NCBI GenBank assembly: GCA_040954595.2 | Contig: CM082589.2 | Coordinates: 9,932,894-9,996,893, forward strand | Reading direction: 5' to 3' | Length of the DNA stretch: 64,000 bases | Source of the DNA: Balanoglossus misakiensis | Lineage: Eukaryota; Animalia; Hemichordata | Shown here: positions 36,198-49,800 of the stretch, in pieces | How the letters are laid out: the number at the start of each line of letters is the position of its first letter | Numbering within the stretch: position 1 is the first letter of the stretch | Translations under genes and position numbers: made by a program | The notes under the pieces: generated by a model | Told to the model about the DNA's origin: nothing | Seen by the model: the letters and a program-made list of their open reading frames with translations, nothing else | The model's database searches: none

Positions 36198-37181
36198 GAG
36201 TGTGTCACACAGGAGACAGTTGGGATTATAGTCATAATCTACCTTAGTTTGTTGTCAACAACCAGATGTGGTCGCATTCCGTGCATCCGTGCATATTTTG
36301 GAACAACGACTCTATCGAACAGACGTATTTCAAACACCTTGGAGAAAAACATCGATGACCAGTGGAATTGACTGTCGCTTGAAATCCGATAGGAATACAC
36401 CTGTTTACGGTGGACGATACCGACACTCCTCTGCTAACTTAATCTGCTCTGCTAACTATACCTGCTTTGATTAAGTTGCGTCTAAAACTTTCCTTACAAT
36501 ACAATGTGGGTCTCGACTGTCGGTCCCAACTATAGCGACGACAGCCTCGGTATGTTTCGCCGATAGCAATCCGGAGATGAAATTTGCATACAGCAATATC
36601 TTTCAAGATAAATAATTTATGTCCTAAAGGTATTACTTTTAGTGGTCTGACGGAGACGTTTTCTGCTGTAACATGCAAAACCTGCGGCGGACCTGAGGTC
36701 ATGTTGCGAACACTGTAGTTTTGTTACGCCCGCCATCCTTCGGACGTTTACCTCATCGGGGCTTCTTTGGGGAATCAGCCACGTCCGAAGGGTGAGAGTG
36801 TAAATTCTCTCCCTCTCCTTCTCCACCCAACATATTCATAGAGTCAGAGAGAGGTACCCGGCATATCGTAAACTTAACGAGAGGCATAACGAGACTTTCA
36901 ACAAGTTTTCCGAGTAACACAAATAGTTGTGGTTTATTACTGGTCACACGTAAGAATTACACGACTCTATCCATGCTCGTTGACTCCCGTCACGGATCTC
37001 CGGTGATAATAATGTGATATCAAATTTCACCACCTCTTATTAATACGTTAGTCAAGTATTATGTCATAAAAGGAACACGTCATCTTAATATTTCTTAAAC
37101 ATGAACTTAGCGCGTGATATCTCTATCTCGTTCTGACATGTATCAATTACACAATCTTGTTTACTCTGAGTCAAATACCTA

Positions 37182-40100
37182 TTTTTTTTTGGTGATTTTC
37201 ACCGATGTTTTTTTTTTCAAAAATCGACGAACCAATGATTTTTTTCAAAATCGACGAAATTTTGAGATTATGCAAAGTCGAAAATTTTTCATTTTTTGAT
37301 GATTTTCACCCATGATTTTTTTCAAAAATCTACGAAATTTTGAGATTTTGCAAACTCGAAAATTTGTCATTTTTTTATGATTTTCACCCATGATTTTTTT
37401 TTAAAAATCGACGAACCCATAATTTTTTTCAAAATCGACGAAATTTTGAGATTTTGCAGTCTAAAATGTTTCATTTTTTGATGATTTTCACCCATGTTTT
37501 TTTTTCAAAAATCGACGAACCCATGTTTTTTTTCAAAAGTCGACGAAATTTTGAGATTTTGCAGTCTTAAATTTGTCATTTTTTGATGGTTTTCACCCAT
37601 GTTTTTTTAAAAAATCGACGAACCCGTGATTTTTTTTCAAAATCGACGAAATTTTGAGATTTTGCAAAATCAAAAATTTGTCATTTTTTGATGATTTTCA
37701 CCCATGTTTTTTTTTTCAGAAATCGACGAACGCATGTTTTTTTTCAAAAATCGACGAAATTTTGAGATTTTGCAGTCGAAAATTTGTCATTTTTTGATGG
37801 TTTTCACCCATGTTTTTTTAAAAAATCGACGAACCCGTGATTTTTTTCAAAATCGACGAAATTTTGAGATTTTGCAAAATCAAAAATTTGTCATTTTTTT
37901 GATGATTTTCACCCATGATTTTTTTTCAAAAATCGACGAAATTTTAAGATTTGCAGTCGAAAATTTGTCATTTTTTGATGATTTTCACCCATGATTTTTT
38001 CAAAAATCGACGAACCCATATTTTTTTTCAAAATCGACGAAATTTTGAGATTTTGCAAAGTCGAAAATTTGTAATTTTTTGATGATTTTCACCCATGTTT
38101 TTTTTTTCAAAAATCGACGATATTTTGAGATTTCGCAAAGTTGAAAATTTGACATTTGTTGATGATTTTCATGAGCTATAGCCTATGATTTTTTTTTCAA
38201 AAATCGACGAAATTTTGAGATTTTGCAGTCGAAAATTTGTCATTTTGTTGATTTTCACCCATGTTTTTTTTAAACAATCGACGAACCCATGATTTTTTTT
38301 CAAAATCGACGAACTTTTGAGATTTTGCAAAATCGAAAATTTGTCATTTTTTGATGATTTTCACCCATGATTTTTTTTCAAAAATCGACGAACCCATAAT
38401 TTTTTTCAAAATCGACGAAATTTTGAGATTTTGCAAAGTCGAAAATTTTTCATTTTTTGATGATTTTCACCCATGTTTTTTTAAAAAATCAACGAACCCA
38501 TGATTTTTTTTCAAAATCGACGAAATTTTGAAATTTTGCAAAATCAAAAATTTGTCGTTTTTTTGAGGATTTTCACCCATGATTTTTTTTTCAAAAATCG
38601 ACGAAATTTTGAGATTTTGCAGTCGAAAATTTGTCATTTTGTTGATTTTCACCCATGTTTTTTTTAAACAATCGACGAACCCATGATTTTTTTTCAAAAT
38701 CGACGAACTTTTGAGATTTTGCAAAATCGAAAATTTGTCATTTTTTGATGATTTTCACCCATGATTTTTTTTCAAAAATCGACGAACCCATATTTTTTTT
38801 CAAAATCGACGAAATTTTGAGATTTTGCAAAGTCGAAAATTTTTCATTTTTTGATGATTTTCACCCATGTTTTTTTAAAAAATCAACGAACCCATGATTT
38901 TTTTTCAAAATCGACGAAATTTTGAAATTTTGCAAAATCAAAAATTTGTCGTTTTTTTGAGGATTTTCACCCATGATTTTTTTTTCAAAAATCGACGAAA
39001 TTTTGAGATTTTGCAGTCGAAAATTTGTAAATTTTTGATGATTTTCACCCATGTTTTTTTAAAAAATCAACGAACCCATGCTTTTTTTCAAAAGTCGACG
39101 AAATTTTAAGATTTTGCAGTCTTAAATTTGTCATTTTTTGATGGTTTTCACTCATGTTTTTTTAAAAAATCGACGAACCCGTGATTTTTTTTCAAAATCG
39201 ACGAAATTTTGAGATTTTGCAAAATCAAAAATTTGTCATTTTTTTGATGATTTTCACCCATGATTTTTTTTCGAAAATCGACGAAATTTTGAGATTTTGC
39301 AGTCGAAAATTTGTCATTTTTTGAAGATTTTCACCCATGATTTTTTTCAAAAATCGACGAACCCATAATTTTTTTCAAAATCGACGAAATTTTGACATTT
39401 TGCAAAGTCGAAAATTTGTCATTTTTTGATGATTTTCACCCATGTTTTTTTTCAAAAATCGACGAACCCATGGTTTTTTTTCAAAAATCGACGATATTTT
39501 GAGATTTCGCAAAGTTGAAAATTTGACATTTGTTGATGATTTTCATGAGCTACAGCCAATGATTTTTTTTTCAAAAATCGACGAAATTTTGAGATTTTGC
39601 AGTCGAAAATTTGTCATTTTGTTGATTTTCACCCATGTTTTTTTTAAACAATCGACGAACCCATGATTTTTTTTCAAAATCGGCGAACTTTTGAGATTTG
39701 GAAAATCGAAAATTTGTCATTTTTTGATGATTTTCACCCATGATTTTTTTACAAAAATCGACGAACCCATGATTTTTTTCAAAATCGACGAAATTTTGAG
39801 GTTTTGCAAAGTCGAAAATTTTTCATTTTTTGATGATTTTCACCCATGTTTTTTTTTAAAAATCAACGAACCCATGATTTTTTTTCCAAATCGACGAAAT
39901 TTTGAGATTTTGCAAAGTCGAAAATTCACCCATGTTTTTTTAAAAAATCAACGAACCCATGATTTTTTTCAAAATCGATGAAATTTTGAGATTTTGCAAA
40001 GTCGAAAATTCACCCATGTTTTTTTTCAAAAATCGACAAACCCATAATTTTTTTCAAAATCGACGAAATTTTGAGATTTTGCAAAATCAAAAATTTGTCA

Positions 40101-40882
40101 TTTTTTGATGATTTTCACCATGATTTTTTTCAAAAATCGACGAAATTTTGAGATTTCGCAAAGTTGAAAATTTGACATTTGTTGATGATTTTCATGAGCT
40201 ATAGCCCATGATTTTTTTTTCAAAATCGACGAACCCATGTTTTTTTTTCAAAAATCGACGATATTTTGAGATTTCGCAAAGTTGAAAATTTGACATTTGT
40301 TGATGATTTTCATGAGCTATAGCCCATGATTTTTTATTTCAAAAATCGACGAAATTTTGAGATTTGCAAAGTCGAACATTGGTCATTTTGATGATTTTCA
40401 CCCATTTTTTTTTTCAAAAATCGACGAACCCATAATTTTTTTTCAAAATCGACGAAATTTTGAGATTTTGCAAAGTCGAAAATTTGTCATTTTTTGATGA
40501 TTTTCATCCATGTTTTTTTTCACAATTCAACGAACCCATGATTGTTTTCAAAATCGACGAAATTTTGAGATTTTGCAAGAACCCATGATTTTTTTCAAAT
40601 TCGACGAAATTTTGAGATTTTGCAAAGTCGAAAATTTGTCATTTTTTGATGATTTTCACCCATGATTTTTTGCAAAAATCGACGAACCCATGATTTTTTT
40701 CCAAAATCGACGAAATTTTGAGATTTTGCAAAGTCGAAAATTTGTCATTTTTTGATGATTTTCATCCATGTTTTTTTTTTCAAAATTCAACGAACCCATG
40801 ATTTTTTTCAAAATCGACGAAATTTTGAGATTTTGCAAGAACCCATGATTTTTTTCAAAATCGACGAAATATTGAGATTTTG
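37182..40882 (-). repeat. AT-rich satellite array, reverse-orientation block
   Basis: Reverse complement of the 78-bp monomer (ATTTTCACCCATG..AAAATCGACGAAATTTTGAGATTTTGCAAAGTCGAAAATTTGTCA), frequently interleaved with the ~29-bp subunit. Confidence 0.97.
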
Positions 40883-43800
40883 CAAAATCTCAAAATTTCG
40901 TCGATTTTGAAAAAAAATCATGGGTTCGTCGATTTTTGAAAAAAAACATGGGAGAAAATCTTCAAAAAATGGGAATTTTGTCGATTTTTGAAAAAAAAAA
41001 TCATGGGTGAAAATCATCAAAAAATGACAAATTTTCGACTTTGCAAAATCTCAAAATTTCGTCGATTTTTGAGAAAAATCATGGGTGAAAATCATCAAAA
41101 AATGACAAATTTTCGACTTTGCAAAATCTCAAAATTTCGTCGATTTTTGAAAAAAAACATGGATGAAAATCATCGAAAAATGACAAATTTTCGACTGCAA
41201 AATCTCAAAATTTTGTCGATTTTGAAAAAAGTATGGGTTCGTCGATTTTTAAAAAAAATCATGGGTGAAAATCATCAAAAAATGACAAATTTTCGACTTT
41301 GCAAGAACTTCGAGATTTTCGTCGATTTTTGAAAAAAAAAATCGTGGGGGGGGGGGGGAAATCATAAAAAAATGACAAATTTTCGACTTTGCAAAATCTC
41401 AAAATATCGTCGATTTTGGAAAAAAAAACATGGGTTCGTCGAAAAAAAAACATGGGTGAAAATCATCAAAAAATGACAAATTTTCGACTTTGCAAAATCT
41501 CAAAAGTCCGTCGATTTAAAAAAAAAACATGGGTGAAAATCTTCAAAAAATGACAAATTTTCGACTTTGCAAAAACTCAAAATTTCGTCGATTTTTGAAA
41601 AAAAATGGGTGAAAATCATCAAAAAATGACAAATTTTCGACTGCACAATCTTAAAATTTCGTAAATTTTTGAAAAAAAATCATGGGTAAAAATCATCAAT
41701 AAATGAAAAATGTTCGACTTTGCAAAATCTCAAAATTTCGTCGATTTTTGAAAAAAATCATGGGTGAAAATCATCAAAAAATGACAAATTTTCGACTTTG
41801 CAAAATTTTCAAAAATTCGTCGATTTTTGAAAAAAAAATGGGTTATAGCTGATGAAAATCATCAACAAATGACAAATTTTTGACTGCAAAATCTCAAAAT
41901 TTCGTCGATTTTTGAAAAAAAAACATGGATGAAAATCATCAAAAAATGACAAATTTTCGACTGCAAAATCTCAAAATTTTGTCGATTTTGAAAAAAGTAT
42001 GGGTTCGTCGATTTTTAAAAAAAATCATGGCTGAAAATCATCAAAAAATGACAAATTTTCGACTTTGCAAGAACTTCGAGATTTTCGTCGATTTTTGAAA
42101 AAAAAAATCGTGGGGGGGGGGGGAAATCATAAAAAAATGACAAATTTTCGACTTTGCAAAATCTCAATATATCGTCGATTTTGGAAAAAAAAAAAACATG
42201 GGTTCGTCGAAAAAAAACGGGTGAAAATCATCAAAAAATGACAAATTTTCGAATTTGCAAAATCTCAAAAGTCCGTCGATTTTGAAAAAAAACATGGGTG
42301 AAAATCTTCAAAAAATGATTCTTGAAAAAAAATGGGTGAAAATCATCAAAAATGACAAAGTTTCGACTTTGCAAAATCTCAAAATTTCATCGATTTCTGA
42401 AAAAAATCATAGGGGAAAATCATCAAAAAATGACAAATTTTCGACTGCAAAATCTTAAAATTTCGTCAATTTTTGAAAAAAATCATGGGTAAAAATCATC
42501 AATAAATGAAAAATTTTCGACTTTGCAAAATCTCAAAATTTCGTCGATTTTTGAAAAAAATCATGGGTGAAAATCATCAAAAAATGACAAATTTTCGACT
42601 TTGCAAAATTTTCAAAAATTCGTTGATTTTTGAAAAAAAAATGGGTTATAGCTTATGAAAATCATCAACAAATGACAAATTTTCGACTTTGCAAAATCTC
42701 AAAATTTCGTCGATTTTGAAAAAAATCATGGGTTCGTCGATTTTTGAAAAAAAACATGGGTGAAAATCTTCAAAAAATGACAAATTTTCGACTTTACAAA
42801 AACTGAAAATTTCGTCGATTTTTGAAAAAAATAATGAGTGAAAATCATCAAAAAAGACAAAGTTTCGACTTTGCAAAATCTCAAAATTTCGTCGATTTCT
42901 GAAAAAAATCATGGGTAAAATCGTCAAAAAAAGACAGATTTTCGACAGCAAAATCTTAAAATTTCGTCAATTTTTGAAAAAAAATCATGGGTAAAAATCA
43001 TCAAAAAATGACAAATTTTCGACTTTGCAAAATCTCAAAATTTCGTCAATTTTTGAAAAAAAAATCGTGGGGGGGGGGAAATCATCAAAAAAATGACAAA
43101 TTTTCGACTTTGCAAAATTTTGAAAAATTCGTCGATTTAAAAAAAAAAACATGGGTTCGTCCATTTTTGAAAAAAAAAACATGGGTGAAAATCATCAACA
43201 AATGACAAATGTTCAACTTTGCAAAATCTCAAAATTTCGTAGATTTTTGAAAAAAAAAATCGTGGGGGGGGGGGGGGGGAAATCATCAAAAAAATTACAA
43301 ATTTTCGACTTAACAAAATTTTCAAAAATTCGTCGATTTTTGAAAAAAAAAACATGGGTTCGTCCATTTTTGAAAAAAAAAACATGGGTGAAAATCTTCA
43401 ACAAATGACAAATGTTCAACTTTGCAAAATCTCAAAATATTGTCGATTTTTGAAAAAAAATCATGGGTTCGTTGATTTTTGAAAAAAAAACGGGTGAAAA
43501 TCATCAAAAAATTACAAATGTTCGTCTTTGCAAAATCTCAAAATTTCGTCGATTTTTGAAAAATAAAATCATGGGTAAAAATCATCAAAAAAATACAAAT
43601 TTTCGACTTTGCAAAATCTAAAAATTTTGTCGATTTTTGAAAAAAATCATGGGTGAAAATTATCAAAAAATGACAAATTTTCGACTTTGCAAAATCTCAA
43701 AATTTCGTAGATTTTTGAAAAAAAATCATGGGTTCGTTGATTTTTGAAAAAAAAACATGGGTGAAAATCATCAAAAAATTACAAATTTTCGAATTTGCAA

Positions 43801-46800
43801 AATCTCAAAATTTCGTCGATTTTTGAAAAAAAAACATGGGTGAAAATCATCAAAAAATGACAAATTTTCGACTTTGCAAAATCTCAAAATTTCGTAAATT
43901 TTTGAAAAAAAGTCATGGGTGAAAATCATAAAAAAATTACAAATTTTCGTCTTTGCAAAATCTCAAAATTTCGTCGATTTTTGAAAAAAAAAATCATGGG
44001 TAAAAATCATCAAAAAATTACAAATTTTCGACTTTGCAAAATCTAAAAATTTTGTCGATTTTTGAAAAAAATCATGGGTGAAAATCATCAAAAAATGACA
44101 AATTTTCGACTTTGCAAAATCTCAAAATTTCGTCGATTTTTGAAAAAAATCATGGGTTCGTTCAATTTTGAAAAAAAAACATGGGTGAAAATCATCAAAA
44201 AATTACAAATTTTCGACTTTGCAAAATCTCAAAATTTTGTCGATTTTTGAAAAAAAATCATGGGTGAAAATCATTAATAAATGACAAATTTTCGACTTTG
44301 CAAAATCTCAAAATTTCGTCGATTTTTGAAAAAAAATCATGGGTGAAAATCATCAAAAAATTACAAATTTTCGACTTTGCAAAATCTCAAAATTTCGTCG
44401 ATTTTTGAGAAAAATCATGGGTGAAAATCATCAAAAAATGACAAATTTTCGACTTTGCAAAATCTCAAAATTTTGTCGATTTTTGAAAAAAAATCATGGG
44501 TTCGTTGATTTTTGAAAAAAAACATGGGTGAAAATCATCAAAAAATTACAAATTTTCGAATTTGCAAAATCTCAAAATTTCGTCGATTTTGGAAAAAAAA
44601 ACATGGGTGAAAATCATCAAAAAATTACAAATTTTCGACTTTGCAAAATCTCAAAATTTCGTAGATTTTGGAAAAAAAAATCATGGGTTCGTCGATTTTT
44701 GAAAAAAATCATGGGTGAAAATCATCAAAAAATGACAAATTTTCGTCTTTGCAAAATCCCAAAATTTGGTCGATTTTTGAAAAACAAAATCATGGGAAAA
44801 AATCATCAAAAAATGACAAATTTTCGACTTTGCAAAATCTCAAAATTTCGTAAATTTTTGAAAAAAAGTCATGGGTGAAAATCATCAAAAAATTACAAAT
44901 TTTCGTCTTTGCAAAATCTCAAAATTTCGTCGATTTTTGAAAAAAAAAATCATGGGTAAAAATCATCAAAAAATTACAAATTTTCGACTTTGGAAAATCT
45001 AAAAATTTTGTCGATTTTTGAAAAAAACAATCATGGTGAAAATCATCAAAAAATGACAAATTTTCGACTTTGCAAAATCTCAAAATGTCAATTTTTTAAA
45101 AAAATCATGAGTTCGTTGATTTTAAAAAAAAAACATTGGTGTCAATTTTTTAAAAAAATCATGGGTTCGTTGATTTTTAAAAAAAAACATTGGTGAAAAT
45201 CATCAAAAAATTACAAATTTTCGACTTTGCAAAATCTCAAAATTTCGTACATTTTTGAAAAAAAATCATGGGTGAAAATCATCAAAAAATGACAAATTTT
45301 CGTCTTTGCAAAATCTCAAAATTTCGTCATTTTTTAAAAAAAAATCATGGTGAAAATCATCAAAAAATGACAAATTGTCGACTTTGCAAAATCTAAAAAT
45401 TTTGTCGATTTTTGAAAAAAATCATGGGTGAAAATAATCAAAAAATGACAAATTTTCGACTTTGCAAAATCTCAAAATTTCGTCGATTTTTGAAAAAAAT
45501 CATGGGTGAAAATCATCAAAAAATGACAAATTTTCGACTTTGCAAAATCTCAAAATTTTGTCGATTTTTGAAAAAAAATCATGGGTTCGTTGATTTTTGA
45601 AAAAAAACATGGGTGAAAATCATCAAAAAATTACAAATTTTCGAATTTGCAAAATCTCAAAATTTCGTCGATTTTTGAAAAAAAAAACATGGGTGAAAAT
45701 CATCAAAAAATGACAAATTTTCGACTTTGCAAAATCTCAAAATTTCGTAAATTTTTGAAAAAAAGTCATGGGTGAAAATCATCAAAAAATTAAAAAGTTT
45801 CGTCTTTGCAAAATCTCAAAAAATCGTCGATTTTTGAAAAAAAAAATCATGGGTAAAAATCATCAAAAAATTACAAATTTTCGACTTTGCAAAATCTAAA
45901 AATTTTGTCGATTTTTGAAAAAAATCATGGGTGAAAATCATCAAAAAATGACAAATTTTCGACTTTGCAAAATCTCAAAATTTCGTCGATTTTTGAAAAA
46001 AATCATGGGTGAAAATCATCAAAAAATGACAAATTTTCGACTTTGCAAAATCTCAAAATTTCGTAAATTTTTGAAAAAAAGTCATGGGTGAAAATCATCA
46101 AAAAATTAAAAAGTTTCGTCTTTGCAAAATCTCAAAATTTCGTCGATTTTTGAAAAAAAAATCATGGGTAAAAATCATCAAAAAATTACAAATTTTCGAC
46201 TTTGCAAAATCTAAAAATTTTGTCGATTTTTGAAAAAAATCATGGGTGAAAATCATCAAAAAATGACAAATTTTCGACTTTGCAAAATCTCAAAATTTCG
46301 TCGATTTTTGAAAAAAATCATGGGTGAAAATCATCAAAAAATGACAAATTTTCGACTTTGCAAAATCTTAAATTTCGTCGATTTTTGAAAAAAATCATGG
46401 GTGAAAATCATCAAAAAATGACAAATTTTTGACTTTGCAAAATCTCAAAATTTCGTCGATTTTTGAGAAAAATCATAGGAAAAAATTATCAAAAAATGAC
46501 AAATTTTCGACTTTGCAAAATCTCAAAATTTCGTCGATTTTTGAAAAAAATCATGGGTGAAAATCATCAAAAAATGACAAATTTTCGACTTTGCAAAATC
46601 TTAAATTTCGTCGATTTTTGAAAAAAATCATGGGTGAAAATCATCAAAAAATGACAAATTTTTGACTTTGCAAAATCTCAAAATTTCGTCGATTTTTGAG
46701 AAAAATCATGGGTGAAAATCATCAAAAAATGACAAATTTTCGTCTTTGCAAAATCTCAAAATTTGGTCGATTTTTGAAAAAAAAAATCATGGGTAAAAAT

Positions 46801-49800
46801 CATCAAAAAATGACAAATTTTCGACTTTGCAAAATCTCAAATTTCTTCGATTTTTGAAAAGAATCATGGGTGAAAATCATCAAAAAATGACAAATTTTCG
46901 ACTTTGCAAAATCTCAAAATTTCGTCGATTTTTGAGAAAAATCATGGGTGAAAATCATCAAAAAACGACAAATTTTCGTCTTTGCAAAATCTCAAAATTT
47001 CGTCGATTTTTGAAAAAAATCATGGGTGAAAATCATCAAAAAATGACAATTTTTTGTCTTTGCAAAATCTCAAAATTTGGTCGATTTTTGAAAAACAAAA
47101 TCATGGGAAAAAATCATCAAAAAATGACAAATTTTCGACTTTGCAAAATCTCAAAATTTCGTCGATTTTGGAAAAAAAAACATGGGTGAAAATCATCAAA
47201 AAATGACAAATTTTCGAATTTGCAAAATCTCAAAATTTCGTCGATTTTTGAAAAAAATCATGGGTTCGTTCAATTTTGAAAAAAAACATGGGTGAAAATC
47301 ATCAAAAAATTACAAATTTTCGACTTTGCAAAATCTCAAAATTTTGTCGATTTTTGAAAAAAAATCATGGGTGAAAATCATTAATAAATGACAAATTTTC
47401 GACTTTGCAAAATCTCAAAATTTCGTCGATTTTTGAAAAAAATCATGGGTGAAAACCTTAAAAAAATTACAAATTTTCGACTTTGCAAAATCTCAAAATT
47501 TCGTCGATTTTTGAGAAAAATCATGGGTGAAAATCATCAAAAAATGACAAATTTTCGACTTTGCAAAATCTCAAAATTTTGTCGATTTTTGAAAAAAAAT
47601 CATGGGTTCGTTGATTTTTGAAAAAAAACATGGGTGAAAATCATCAAAAAATTACAAATTTTCGAATTTGCAAAATCTCAAAATTTTGTCGATTTTTGAA
47701 AAAAATCATGGGTGAAAATCATCAAAAAATGACACATTTTCGACTTTGCAAAATCTCAAAATTTCGTCGATTTTTGAAAAAAATCATGGGTTCGTTCAAT
47801 TTTGAAAAAAAATATGGGTGAAAATCATCAAAAAATTACAAATTTTCGTCTTTGCAAAATCTCAAAATTTCGTCGATTTTTGAAAAAAAAAATCATGGGT
47901 AAAAATCATCAAAAAATTACAAATTTTCGACTTTGCAAAATCTCAAAATTTCGTCGATTTTTGAAAAAAATCATGGGTGAAAATCATCAAAAAATGACAA
48001 ATTTTCGACTTTGCAAAATCTCAAAATTTCGTAAATTTTTGAAAAAAAGTCATGGGTGAAAATCATCAAAAAATTAAAAAGTTTCGTCTTTGCAAAATCT
48101 CAAAATTTCGTCGATTTTTGAAAAAAAAATCATGGGTAAAAATCATCAAAAAATTACAAATTTTCGACTTTGCAAAATCTAAAAATTTTGTCGATTTTTG
48201 AAAAAAATCATGGGTGAAAATCATCAAAAAATGACAAATTTTCGACTTTGCAAAATCTCAAAATTTCGTCGATTTTTGAAAAAAATCATGGGTGAAAATC
48301 ATCAAAAAATGACAAATTTTCGACTTTGCAAAATCTTAAATTTCGTCGATTTTTGAAAAAAATCATGGGTGAAAATCATCAAAAAATGACAAATTTTTGA
48401 CTTTGCAAAATCTCAAAATTTCGTCGATTTTTGAGAAAAATCATAGGAAAAAATTATCAAAAAATGACAAATTTTCGACTTTGCAAAATCTCAAAATTTC
48501 GTCGATTTTTGAAAAAAATCATGGGTGAAAATCATCAAAAAATGACAAATTTTCGACTTTGCAAAATCTTAAATTTCGTCGATTTTTGAAAAAAATCATG
48601 GGTGAAAATCATCAAAAAATGACAAATTTTTGACTTTGCAAAATCTCAAAATTTCGTCGATTTTTGAGAAAAATCATGGGTGAAAATCATCAAAAAATGA
48701 CAAATTTTCGTCTTTGCAAAATCTCAAAATTTGGTCGATTTTTGAAAAAAAAAATCATGGGTAAAAATCATCAAAAAATGACAAATTTTCGACTTTGCAA
48801 AATCTCAAAATGTCAATTTTTTAAAAAAATCATGAGTTCGTTGATTTTAAAAAAAAAACATTGGTGTCAATTTTTTAAAAAAATCATGGGTTCGTTGATT
48901 TTTAAAAAAAAACATTGGTGAAAATCATCAAAAAATTACAAATTTTCGACTTTGCAAAGTCTCAAAATTTCGTACATTTTTGAAAAAAAATCATGGGTGA
49001 AAATCATCAAAAAATGACAAATTTTCGTCTTTGCAAAATCTCAAAATTTCGTCATTTTTTAAAAAAAAATCATGGTGAAAATCATCAAAAAATGACAAAT
49101 TGTCGACTTTGCAAAATCTAAAAATTTTGTCGATTTTTGAAAAAAATCATGGGTGAAAATAATCAAAAAATGACAAATTTTCGACTTTGCAAAATCTCAA
49201 AATTTCGTCGATTTTTGAAAAAAATCATGGGTGAAAATCATCAAAAAATGACAAATTTTCGACTTTGCAAAATCTCAAAATTTTGTCGATTTTTGAAAAA
49301 AAATCATGGGTTCGTTGATTTTTGAAAAAAAACATGGGTGAAAATCATCAAAAAATTACAAATTTTCGAATTTGCAAAATCTCAAAATTTCGTCGATTTT
49401 TGAAAAAAAAAACATGGGTGAAAATCATCAAAAAATGACAAATTTTCGACTTTGCAAAATCTCAAAATTTCGTAAATTTTTGAAAAAAAGTCATGGGTGA
49501 AAATCATCAAAAAATTAAAAAGTTTCGTCTTTGCAAAATCTCAAAAAATCGTCGATTTTTGAAAAAAAAAAATCATGGGTAAAAATCATCAAAAAATTAC
49601 AAATTTTCGACTTTGCAAAATCTAAAAATTTTGTCGATTTTTGAAAAAAATCATGGGTGAAAATCATCAAAAAATGACAAATTTTCGACTTTGCAAAATC
49701 TCAAAATTTCGTCGATTTTGAAAAAAATCATGGGTGAAAATCATCAAAAAATGACAAATTTTCGACTTTGCAAAATCTCAAAATTTCGTAAATTTTTGAA

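Noticed and set aside
36439-36985. Higher-GC minus-strand stretch with overlapping short ORFs
   Set aside because: Multiple stops and no recognisable motif; cannot support a gene call.
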